A DNA stretch of 64,000 nucleotides. It comes from Rhizaria sp. SCN 62-66. Taxonomy: Eukaryota. Both the position numbers and the translations under genes were made by a program. Below are positions 49,901 to 60,512 of the stretch, piece after piece (position 1 is the stretch's first letter; the number at the start of each line of letters is the position of its first letter). Location: NCBI GenBank assembly GCA_001724265.1, contig MEDY01000074.1, positions 1-64,000 of the forward strand. Reading direction: 5' to 3'. Under the pieces are notes generated by a model. It was not told the DNA's origin, searched no databases, and saw only the letters and a list, made by a program, of their open reading frames with translations.

Positions 49901-51067
49901 ACCGCCGATTCCGCAGCGGCCGCCGCTGCTGCCGCTGCCGCCGCTGCTGCCGCTGCCGCCGCTGCTTCTGCTCTCAACGGCCCGGCTGTGCAGTCGCCGT
50001 AGCTCCAACCACAGCCGCAGTCGCGGTCGCAGGAGTTTTCGCTGACACAGGCGTTCACCTTCTCGCAGCTGGCTCTGTCCCAAGGCCTGGACGACGGCGC
50101 GGACGCCGCCTACGCCGCTGCCGCCGCTGCCGAGGCCGAGGCTGAGGCGCAGGCGCAGGCAAGCGCGGCGCCAGAGTCTGGACGCCGTGTGCACAGTCGC
50201 AAACGTGCGTCGCAGGGTGCGTCTAGGCTCGCGGGCGCTGCTGCGGCTCCGGCGGCGGCGGCGGTCGAGGATGAGGAGGAGGAGGATGGTGAAGGTAAGG
50301 TCGAGACTGAGCCGGATGCTGATGCCAAGGCTGACGCGAGGGCTGAGCGCAAGCGTGCCAAGCGTGCCCGCAAGAGCTTGCTTGCTGCTGCCGCCGCTAC
50401 TGATGCTGCTGCTGCCGCCGCGCGTGCTGCGGAGATTGCTCGGGCATATGACGAGAGCGGTCGCAGGGCGTATCCTCGTGGCGATCCTCTTGTCGAGCTC
50501 CCGCGTGCGCGCAACGACGCCCCTCTGGACCTCAGCGAGTGGGGCATCTTTCCCGCCGAGTCCGCGGCCGCCGGCAGCGTTGGCGGCGCGTGCGCGTATA
50601 AGCCGGTGCCGGGTTTCTCGACCGAGCTGCTGCCGCTGGCGCCGATGCTGCAGTACGTGCCTGGCGAGGGTCACTGCGTTGACGCGGCCGCGCTCGCGCG
50701 CCTCCGCGCTGGCGGCCCGCGCGCGCAGCTGGCGCTGGTGCAGCGCGCGCTGGAGGGCTACCCCGCGAACGAAGTGGGCGTGGCCGATGCAGCGCGGGTG
50801 TACCACGACTGGATCGCGCCCGCGACCAGCAGTGCCATTATCGGCGCCGTGTCTGCGTGTGACTATAGCGCGGTGTACGCGCGCTACTGGGCGCGCGTTG
50901 ATGTGTTGTGCCGCGTTGAGGCCACAATGGGCCGCGTCATGGAGCCCAGCCGCGCTGCTGTGCGCAAGCTGGTGTTGGCGTTGAGTGAGGCGAATAAGGC
51001 ACTCTGTGTTGTCGCCACGTTCCACGCTCAATCGCTGGCTCAGGGACCGGTGGGGGGCAAAGCGTGA
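46922..51067 (+). CDS. Large Ser/Ala/Lys/Asp-rich hypothetical (probably nuclear) protein with a folded-looking C-terminal domain, about 1381 aa; three in-frame TAGs
   Basis: Track ORFs 46922-47248, 47300-49822 and 50189-51067 are all the same frame. The only stops between ATG 46922 and TGA 51065-51067 are TAG at 47246, 49820 and 50000. Confidence 0.75.
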
Positions 51068-52165
51068 CTTGTGGGTGAAATTACTCTCAAAAGGTTGTAA
51101 TGTGGTTGGCATGATGTAAAGAAATGATACTTAAACATTATTTAAATACTTAGTCCAAAAGTGGCCAGTGGTATGAAGTAAAAGTCAACGAGGCAGCGAC
51201 TACGCGGCCACTTGAAAATCTCGGTTTAATCGTCATGTTGAATGAATAAACGAAGGTTAGAAATACGCTAGCTGTAGTATTGCACGTGTATAGGGGTGTT
51301 CTTTTGTATTGATGAAGAAAAATTTGCGCGTGCCCATTTATCTCTCTCTAGACATTCAAAACATATCATGTTGTCCTGGCCAGCACAAAAAAAAAAGTCG
51401 GAATTCTAGAGTATCTCAGGATGGTTTTGCATGACAACAAATTAACTAAAATATCCACACATAATTTCTACCAAAACTGTTGACGTCGTGGTTTTATATT
51501 ATTATATTTTTGTGCTGCACTGCGAGGTCCGCTTTTGTCGCTAATCTATCGAACTGTCCTTCAGCTCTTGACTGGCCTTAGGTTGAATCAGGAATATCTG
51601 TCAAAGTGTGGTTGGCATGGGACAAAATGCAATGTAGTCAGATGTTTCACGCGTGTTTCACTCTATATCTGCCAATTATATCGTAGATCATTCATTACTT
51701 GATGTCCGCACGCGTAGGGAGCGCGACATGACCGGGTCTTGGCCTCAAGTCGTTTGAAGGATCCTACTAAGTTTCTGCATCGTAATTCCAGCCTCCTGGA
51801 CGTATGCAGTTCATTTTATAGCAATGCCAACATGATCATACGTGTTATGTTTGTTGTCGTTAAATTATATGATTAGATGTCTCCACGATATTGTTCTGTA
51901 GGCTTGGATGTTCTTGGGAACCAGACACGTGCTACCTCCTTCGTGCGCAACTCACGATGCATCAGATTTCATCCTTTATTCATGCATCTAACGCAATGCA
52001 GCGCCGCTCATTTGTACCTCACTCGTTTTAACACTGCAATCATACTTGGATTTCTTAGAACACCGTCTTATACAGTCGGTGTCGTCATCCCCACTCAGCC
52101 TAGTCCCTGTTCCGTCGCGCGTCGGAGCCCCCGTCCAACCAAAGTCGTCGCGGCAAGCCCGCTTC

Positions 52166-54463
52166 ATGTCCTCTCCTCGCGCCGCCGCTGTCCCCGCAGC
52201 CGCGCTGTCTCTTGCCCCATTATCCCTTGACACGCCTCCCGTCGCGCGTGCGGCCGCACCCGCCGCGTCCGCCGCGTCTGCCTCTGACTCCAAGCCCAAC
52301 AAGTCCAAGTTGCCCACCTCGGTTCTGGAGCTCTTCTACGGCCCCGCGGCGGGCGACCCCATTGCGTTCCGCTCTCTCTGGGCCGCCGCGCTGTGTGACG
52401 GCGATGACGACCTGGTTCACGACGCCATCGCCGTCACCGACGCCGTCACCCGCCTCCTCGCCCGCGCGCCAGTACTGGCTCTGACCGCACCTGCCGCAAC
52501 CCCAGACCCCGCCGCGCCGGCCCTTGCCCCCGAACTCGGTTCCGCAGACGCACCTTTGCTCGTGCCCGCCGCTGCGGACGTTGCACTAGTCGCCAACACG
52601 CATCTCTCCGCCGCCGATGCCGACGCGTACGCGGCCGCTGCTGAACGTGTCGCCGCCGCACGCGCCAACGCCGCGACCGACAACCCCACAGCTGGCGCGG
52701 TCCCTGGCTCGCCCGACGTCGCGCCCGCCTACCCGCGCGTGCGCTGCAACGCCGACGGCACTGGCCCCGCTTTGTTTCCGGCTGTTCTCGCCGATGCACT
52801 TGTAGCTTACGTCACCGCAACAGCCGCACCTGGATCAACTCTCGCGGACGTCGCCGCCGCTGCCTCCGCCGCTGCCGCTGCCAAGGACGCCGCGGCGGCG
52901 CAGGACGTGTTCGACGCCGTGGCTACCGCCGTGGCCGGCCCGTTCCCTGTCGTCAGCGCCAATCCAGCATCAGCTGCAGCAGCGGGGCGTTGGCGTTGGT
53001 CTTCTGCGTTCCTTTGGTCCCTGGCGACCCACCGCGCGCTGTACGACCGCCCCCTGACTAGCGGCGACTGCGTCGTGACCCGCGTCGCCCTGTCAGGCCA
53101 GGCGCGCACACTTGCGCTGCTGCTGCGGCTGCCGTGGAGCCGTCCCGATGCCGCCGACCGCGCGCTCCGCCGCACTCCGCTCAACGCCGCCGTGCGCGCC
53201 GTCCAGGGCCCCGCGCGCCGCGTGCCGACCGCGCAACGGGCGCACCTGGACCGCATGCCGCACGCCTACGCCTGGATTACCACCACGACGCGTGAGCGCG
53301 CGACGGAGGCGGACCGCGCGGCGGGCGCGGCTGTGGACGAGGACGGGATGGTAGTCCGCGAGCTTCTCTCCCCGCCGCCGCTCACACGGCCCGCGTTTGA
53401 GTGGCGAGTCGGGGACCTGGGCGCCGGCAGCAGCAGCGGGAAAAAGCCCAAGAAGTCCCCTGAGGCGCCCCGCTCGCGGCTGACTGATCTCTTCGAAGCC
53501 ATCTGCGTGCTGGCGCTGCACGGTGCGCGGCTTGACATCAAGGACCGCACGGGAACCACTCCACTCGACGCGGTGCCGGCGAACTCTCTGTACCGCCTCG
53601 CGCGGTGGGCGCTGCGGCTGGGGCTCATCAAGGCCCGCGTGCGCGCGTTCACCGTCGCACGCGCGCTCCAGGCCGCGCTGGGTGCTGCGCTGGGGTTATG
53701 CTCGACCGAGTCTAGCGAGCAGTGGGCGCCGCCGACCGAGCCCGGCCGCGTGCCGATCGCCGCTGTGCGGGCAGGCGCTGGGTGGGCCGTCGCGGAGGAC
53801 ACGCGGGATAAGCTGGCGAAGCGCGCCAACGGGTTCCGTATCGGCGGCATCAGCAACAACTTCAACTCGGCCGCCAAGGCCGCGGCGAAGGCAACTGAGA
53901 AGCCCGTCACTGTGCGCCTCGCTGCGCTTGCCGGCGCCGCGCCTGACCCACGCAAGAGCTCAAACAGCAACAGCAACAGTATCAACGGGAGTAATGGGCC
54001 GAGCGCGAGCCCGCGCGCGTCGCCGGGCCGCAGTGCCAGTGTTGCAAGCACGGGCGGCACGGGCACCATGACTCTGCTGACGACGGCCGCGAGCGTGGCC
54101 AGCAAGGCGCAGCGCAAGGAGGCCAAGCACGCGCGCCGCGAAGGGCGCAACTCCGACGCGGACTGCGCGGGTCCCGCTGGCGGCGGCGGCGGCGGGGACG
54201 GGGATGGCGACGAGGACGCCCCTGAGCGCGGCAGAGCGGGCGCGGCGCTGATGCCGCACGGCGCCATGAGTGGCGACGCCGCCGAGGCCGCCGTGGCCGC
54301 GGTGGAGGACGGATGGGCGCTGGCCGGTGACGCTGGGGACATGGTGACCGTGGTGACTCGGCTGGTGTTGTCGTACGCGGCGCAGGATAAGTACGAGGCG
54401 GACAGCAAACTGCCTTCCAAGCTGCCGTCAACCATGCTGCAGCCTCTCATGGGCAATCTGTGA
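52166..54463 (+). CDS. Ala-rich protein with divergent ankyrin repeats
   Basis: SGQARTLALLLRLPWSRPDAADRALRRTPLNAAV and ICVLALHGARLDIKDRTGTTPLDAV are ankyrin-like. ATG 52166; ends at TGA. Confidence 0.65.
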   Translation: MSSPRAAAVPAAALSLAPLSLDTPPVARAAAPAASAASASDSKPNKSKLPTSVLELFYGPAAGDPIAFRSLWAAALCDGDDDLVHDAIAVTDAVTRLLARAPVLALTAPAATPDPAAPALAPELGSADAPLLVPAAADVALVANTHLSAADADAYAAAAERVAAARANAATDNPTAGAVPGSPDVAPAYPRVRCNADGTGPALFPAVLADALVAYVTATAAPGSTLADVAAAASAAAAAKDAAAAQDVFDAVATAVAGPFPVVSANPASAAAAGRWRWSSAFLWSLATHRALYDRPLTSGDCVVTRVALSGQARTLALLLRLPWSRPDAADRALRRTPLNAAVRAVQGPARRVPTAQRAHLDRMPHAYAWITTTTRERATEADRAAGAAVDEDGMVVRELLSPPPLTRPAFEWRVGDLGAGSSSGKKPKKSPEAPRSRLTDLFEAICVLALHGARLDIKDRTGTTPLDAVPANSLYRLARWALRLGLIKARVRAFTVARALQAALGAALGLCSTESSEQWAPPTEPGRVPIAAVRAGAGWAVAEDTRDKLAKRANGFRIGGISNNFNSAAKAAAKATEKPVTVRLAALAGAAPDPRKSSNSNSNSINGSNGPSASPRASPGRSASVASTGGTGTMTLLTTAASVASKAQRKEAKHARREGRNSDADCAGPAGGGGGGDGDGDEDAPERGRAGAALMPHGAMSGDAAEAAVAAVEDGWALAGDAGDMVTVVTRLVLSYAAQDKYEADSKLPSKLPSTMLQPLMGNL

Positions 54464-56090
54464 CGGGGTGTTGTTTGTTTGGAGTTAGCAAGGCAGAATG
54501 TGTGCAATGTGTATTAGAGGAGTTGGGCGGAGTCTGTTGCACGCCAGTGACACTGTGTAACGGAGAAGTATTTGGGACTGAAGATTACGACACATATATC
54601 GACTACTTGTATGAAATAATGTGATTATCATCCGTATCATTAATAACTTGAGGTTTAATAAACTGTACTATCATTACAAAAATCTTGTTAAGAGTCATTT
54701 GTTGATGAAAGCGCTGTTTGTGTATTGTTGCGAATTGCACCGCTAACGAGGCCATAAAAAGATACAATGCGATATGACTGACGCTGTGTATAGATGTTCA
54801 TGGCAACCAGCATTAGCACCAAGACCAACGGCTTGAAAATAATCATGTTCGAAACAAGTCGACAAACTAGTCAGGGGTCTGACGCCTGTGAAGAAAGAGA
54901 ATGGTGAAGAGAAGAGCGAATATGTGAGTTGCAAAAAGGGAGATTGCCAAGTGGAGAAAGAAATGTGTTGTGGATAGAAAGGAATCAGACAAAACTTAAG
55001 GCTCAGCAGATTATATCGCGCCATCACCAGGGCTCCACGCACAACCCAAGCGCACCTGACCCGCAGGACAGGGAACCAGAGGGGGAAGCAAAGGCAACAA
55101 CCGACACGTTTTTAAGTACCATGCATGTAAATTATCATCATTTAGCTATCAGGTGTGGGCATTTCATCAAGACACCTTGTTAAGAAGCGTACCTTAAAGA
55201 GAATGACCTTCGTCAACGAGCAAGCGCCGTAGGCGAAGAGTCAACACCTCAGCACATTGAGTGCGTTACTGGCAAGAAGACGAGCTACAAAGTCTATTTA
55301 GGAAAAAGATAGAGTGAAGAATGTCAGAGAGAATAGAGTGAGAGCTTATCGAATGGAGCTACAGGAGAGCGGCTCTGAAAGGGTGAAAATGTTGAGAAAG
55401 GATCAGAAGTACTTATACCTCGGCATATCCCCCGAGCTCTGATGAGGGCGAATCGAAATCCACACACCCCACCAGAGACGAGTCGGATGATCTGACCATG
55501 CATGTGTATTTTAAGTGGTTTCATCATATCAACAGCAAACCAGGAAGGGGCACAAAGGTCGCAACTCACCGTTAAGAGAAGCTGCTGCAGTTGGCTGGTC
55601 AACCAGTTCGAAAACGTACCTCGATATCACGCCCACCGACTGCCTTTGGAAGCGTATACGAAATAAAGAAATGAACAAGAGTACCTGTTCAATTCATATC
55701 AGCGCGCAAAACACTATTCCAGGCAGTCAGTGCTGAGTTTGGATGTGTGAAAGATCGACCCCAAATGTGGCGCATCTGACAGAGTCTCGCCCACACTCGC
55801 GGCCTAACTTTATGCTGACTGTGGGCAATCAACCAAGAGATTCGTCGAAATACATCATGTTCAAGTGCAATCTCGGTGATCTTGGAATTAAAAGTGATGG
55901 TTTTGTATTAACGAATGAATGTTGTTTGTGTCTAGAGTATAAGTTATTCATTTAAAGCAAATCCTGGCCCGCAAATCCCACTTAAGTGGTCTGCGTGACT
56001 TGGAGTTACTCCTGTGACTACGCAGACTGAGCATCCGCGCAGCTCAGCTTGTTTCATTTCTATTTTTTCTCGCGCCACCCAGCGGCCCAT

Positions 56091-59072
56091 TCACCGACGG
56101 CCCTTCATGGGCGCGCGCGAGCCCGCCGCGGTCTTGGACGCCGAAAAAAAACCCGCCCCCGCCCCAGTATTCGCGCCGCCGAAGCTGCTCCCGGTCGCGC
56201 CGAATGCGGCGGGCTTGTGGGGCGTATTGGCCCCACCGAACGCGCCACCACCGCCGAAGCCGCCCGCGGCCGGGGCGGGGGCGCCGAACGCGGGCGCCGT
56301 CGCCCCGAACGCGGGCGCAGCAGCAGGCGCAGCGCCGAACGCGGGGGCGGGGGCGCGGAACACGGGCGCCGGTGCACCAAACGCAGGAGCGGGGGCGCCG
56401 AACGCGGGGGCCGCGGCGCCGAATGAGCCGGGGGCGGGCTTAGCGCCGAAAGACGTGGCGGGGGCGCCGAACGCCGCGGGCGCGGGCGCCGCGGCACCGA
56501 AAGCAGCGGGCTTCACGCCGAACGCCGTGGCAGCAGCAGCGGGGGCACCGAAGGCGTTCGCGGCGGCGGCGGGAGCGCCAAACGCGCTCGCTGCGGCCGG
56601 GGCGCCAAAGGAGTTCGCTGCGGCCGGAGCGCTGAAGGCTGAGGCGGCGGCGGGGGCAGCGCCAAACGCTGCGGGTGCGGCGGCGCCGAACGCGGGCGCG
56701 GCGGCACCGAACGCAGGCGCAGCGGCGGCGGGGGCAGCGCCGAATGTGGCACCGAAGGCCAAGGGCTGGGCGGGGGCGCCGAAGGCAGTTGCAGGCGCAG
56801 TCGCAGGGGCTTGGACGCCAAACGCGGTCGCAGGCGCCTGTCCGAAACCGGGGGCCGCGGCGGGGGCGCCAAAGGCAGCGGGCTTGGGGGCACCAGCGGC
56901 GGCGGCGCCGAAGGAGAAAGCTGGCGCAGGCGCAGTGGCGGCAGCGGCGGGCGCGGAGACGCCGAATGCAGGGGGCTGGGCTGTTGGGGCGGCGGCGGCA
57001 CCGAAGGAAAAGGACTGCTGTGCAGGCGCGACGGCAGAGGCGGGCGCCGAGGGTGGGATTGCGGCAGGTGGCGCAGCGGCGCCGAACGCAAAGCCGCCGC
57101 CAGCAGCAGGAGCAGGAGCAGGAGCAGGAGCGGCGGCAGGTGCGGCGCCGCCGAAGCTGAAGCCGGTGGCGGGCGGAGCAGTAGCAGCAGCGGCGGCGGG
57201 CACAGTGGATTTGGCCCCGAAAGAGAACCCACCAGCAGCAGCGGGCGCGGGCGCAGCGGTAGCGGCTGCGGTGGCGGCGGGCGCAGAGGAGCCAAACGAG
57301 AAGGTCGTTGCAGGGGCGAGGCCCGGTGCAGGCGTCGTCGGCGCAGCACCAGCAGCACCAGCACCAGCAGTAGCAGCCGTGTTGCCGGCGACGATGGGCT
57401 GGATGCCGAACTTGAACCCACCGGACGCCGCCGCGGGCGCTGCAGCAGTAGCGGGGGCAGCAGCAGCAACAGCCGCAGCAGCGGGGGCAGCGGCGGCCGC
57501 AGCGGCCGTGGCGGTGTCGGTCGCAGCAGGCTTGGCCGCTCCAAAGCTGAACGTCGGCTTCGAGGCTGTGGGCGACGTGGCAGTTGTGGCCGCATTCGTC
57601 GCCGTCGCCGTCGCCGTCGTCGTCGCAGCAGCAGTGGCGTCCGCGGGCTTCGCTGCGCCAAAGCTAAACTTGGGTGCCGCAGTCGCCGTTGCAGGCGCAG
57701 CATCGGGCGACGCCGCCGCGGCAGCAGCAGTGGCAGAGCTGTTGGACGCAGCGCCAGCAGGCTTGGTGGTGCCAAAGCTAAACGCGGGCTTCGCAGCCGC
57801 CGCGGTCTCAGCCGGCTTTGCTGCAGCGTCAGCAGTCTTTGCTGCGGCCGAGTCAGCGGCCTCAGTCGTCGTGGCAGCAGCGGTGGCGGCGGCGGGCTTG
57901 GGCGAACCAAACGAGAACGCAGACTTGGCAGCAGGCGTAACCGCAGGCGCAGTCGCCGTGGCCGTGGCCAGGGCATCACCCGTGGCGGCTGGCGCTAGCG
58001 TAGAGGCAGTTTTCGCCGCCGCAGCAGCAGCAGCAGCCGCGAGTGCCTGCAGACCAGTGCCAGGCTCGCGGCGGCCGCCCGACCCGGCCGCGCCGCCCAC
58101 AGCGCCCGCGGCCCCCGCGGCGCCGGAGCCGTCGTTCTCCGGTGAGCGCCGCAGCAGCCTGTCAATTGCATCACTCGCGCGCGCGGCCAAGCTCGCTTCG
58201 CTGGCGGCGGACGGCTGCGGTGCGGCGCCGCCGGCGGCGGCGTCGGCAGCGGCCTCGGCGGCGCTGGCGGCGGCGCCGGAGGCTGTGAGCGCGAGCTTCG
58301 GACGCGTCAGTGCGCTGGCGCGGGCACCGAGGCTAAGCACGGCAACCGCGGCGGCCTCGGCGGCGGCGGCGGCGGCGGCGGGCTCGGCGCCGTCGGCCGC
58401 GGTGGCCGTCGCTGTTGAGGTGCGGCGTGCAGGCAGCGGCAGCGGGAGCGAGAGCCGCTGAAGCGATGACAGCGAGGCACGGCGCATCAGCGCAGGCGCA
58501 GCGGCGCGCGGAGCGGGCGGCTGCGGCATCGCAAGCGCGACAACTGCGAACGAGTCATCAGCCTCGTCATCATCATCGTCGGTGTCGTCGTTGTCATCGC
58601 GCTTGCTGTTGTTGCTGCCGCGGCGCGGGGCAGTCTTGTCCTTGTCGCCGTCCTTGTCGACCGCAGCTCTACTGCTCGCAGCCACCGCGGCAACAGCAGT
58701 CTCTTGACTGGCGTCGGCCGCGTCAAACTCGGCGTCGGCGTTCGCGTCGGTGGACGCAGGGGGCGCAGGTGACCGCGAGCGGGACGAGGGCCGGCGCACT
58801 CGCTTGGCCGAGTGCGCAAGCGTGCCCGTGGCGGGGCGGCGCGGCCGAGACCGCGGCCCGCTACCAGTCCCGTCACCAGCGCCAGTGCCCGTGCCCGAGG
58901 CGGCGCCGGCGCTGCTTGCGGTACTGTGCGTCGGCGAGGGCGGGGTCCGGTCCCCGTCGCCGTCACTCTCGGCGTCGGTCGCGGCGTCTGTGGCCGCGTC
59001 CGCGTCAGCTTCAGTGCTGGTCACGGAACCCTCCTCGCTGTTGTCGGCCTCGGTCACCTCTTCGTCCTCGTA

Positions 59073-59103
<31 letters not shown>

Positions 59104-60512
59104 ATGGACTCGTCGTCGTTGTTTGACTCGTAGTCGTCGTCGCTGCTGCGGCCTAGGGCGGCACCAGCGCGCGCGCGCGCGCTGGCCCTGGCCGCCGCGT
59201 CCGCCGCCACCGCCGCGGCGTCCCGGCCCAGCTGCACCGCCCCGGCCAGCTCGCCCGAGGCCGACGCACGGCGGCGGCGGCGGCGACGGTGACGGCGAAC
59301 GCTGCTGTCCGCACCCTCACCGCCTTCGCCGCTCTCGACCGACGCGCCAGCGAATGCGCTGCCGCGGCCGCTGCCGCTGCCGCTGCTGCTGCCGCCGGCG
59401 CCGGCGCCGGTGGCTGCGGGACGCTTGCGGCTCGCTTGAGAGTGCGACTGCGCCTTGGTAGCGCTGCGCTGTGTCGCACTGCTGCGCTGTGACGCTGCAG
59501 CGGGCGTGATAACCACGCGGTCCCGACCCTGTTGCTGCTGTTGTTGCTGAAGCTGCTGCTGTTGCTGCTGCTGCAGGAGCTCAACATGCATGAGCGTCGA
59601 CCCAGTCAGACCGCCCAGCCCAAACCCCAGTGCGCTCGCGCTGTATCCGCCAGCGCTGTGACGCATCGAGTGGGACAGTCCAGAGTAACCGCCACCTAAC
59701 GCGCCGTGACCATAGCCTCCCGCAGCGGCGGCAGCAGCGGCGGCGGCGGCGTATTTGTCAAGAGTGACGTCCAAGGTCGCGTCAAGCGCGGCGGCGGCAG
59801 CGGCGGCGGCTGTGGAGCCCATATTGGAGTTAGAGTCCACACCATAACCATAATTATAACCAAAGTTCTGACTCTGACCGTGCAACAGCGCAGCGCCGTA
59901 GGAACTGGCAAGTGGCAGTGAATCCGCGGTATGCGCAGTGTGAACTGTGGAGGCTGCGGCGGCGTGGCGCAGTGCGGCGGGCGTGGAAACGGGCAGCTGC
60001 ACCGAAAGCGCGGGCGCTCCAGAGTAGGCAGGGCCGTAGCTGGTCAACGACGCGATGCCGGTCACCTGCGGCAACGGCGCAGCAGTCTGATACCGCGCAC
60101 CAACACCGACCCCCGTGACAGCGGGAGCGGTGGCACCGGGCGCGGCAAGGGGCAGCGCGGCATTCGCTGTGGAAGCGTTGATGGTGTTGTTGGTGATGTT
60201 GATGTTGCTCGCGGGTGTGTTGCTGGCAGCGTGGCCGCGACGGGTGCGCACTGTCATGGGCGTCTGCTGCGCAATCCAAGCAAGGCTGGGCGGCGCCGTG
60301 ACAGACACGCGCGCCGTGGCGGCCTTGGAGTGGGCGTGGGTCAGTGCCGCGGCCGTCGCGGCGGCGGCGGCGGCAGCGGCGGCTGCGGCGGCGGTCGCGG
60401 CAGCTTTGTCTTTAGCGGCTTTCGCGGCGACAGCGGCGCGCGCACGGGCAATCAGAACAAACGCGCTAATGGCGACAGCCGCGGTGAGGAGAACGATAAG
60501 GGTCGTGGACAT
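56091..60512 (-). CDS. FG-repeat nucleoporin with an N-terminal transmembrane helix (POM121/Nup153/Nup1-like architecture)
   Basis: N-terminal hydrophobic helix TLIVLLTAAVAISAFVLIA, basic NLS-like clusters (RRHRRRRRR, AKRVRRP), dozens of FSFG/AFG repeats and a basic C-terminal tail SRAPMKGRR. Ends at TGA. Confidence 0.8.
56140..57925 (-). repeat. Coding repeat array of FxFG and PAFGA units
   Basis: Recurrent GCGCCGAACGCGGG-type units on + encode PAFGA; spaced FSFG units lie further upstream in the protein. Confidence 0.85.

Noticed and set aside
2500-50002. In-frame TAGs as 3' splice sites of tiny introns
   Set aside because: The introns identified here are AT-rich with GTRCGT-type donors and pyrimidine tracts. 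Sequence upstream of these TAGs is GC-rich, in frame and lacks such donors.
2500-50002. Six pseudogenes or sequencing errors as the cause of the TAGs
   Set aside because: There are no frameshifts and no internal TAA/TGA in these genes, and this would not explain the absence of lone TAG at all 19 gene ends. It cannot be formally excluded without reads.
2500-50002. Pyrrolysine insertion or programmed readthrough
   Set aside because: The genes are eukaryotic with no pyl machinery visible, the 3' contexts are heterogeneous, and three sites in one gene would make leaky readthrough very inefficient.
55330-55440. KYLYLGI peptide resembling a non-LTR reverse-transcriptase motif
   Set aside because: A single short motif in a frame broken by TGA, with no YADD-type motif seen; not enough to call a retroelement.
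56014-58461. 815-aa plus-strand ORF and other long antisense or alternate-frame ORFs (e.g. 47194-48642, 62183-63673)
   Set aside because: Shadows of GC-rich, repetitive sense-strand genes with no independent domain signal.
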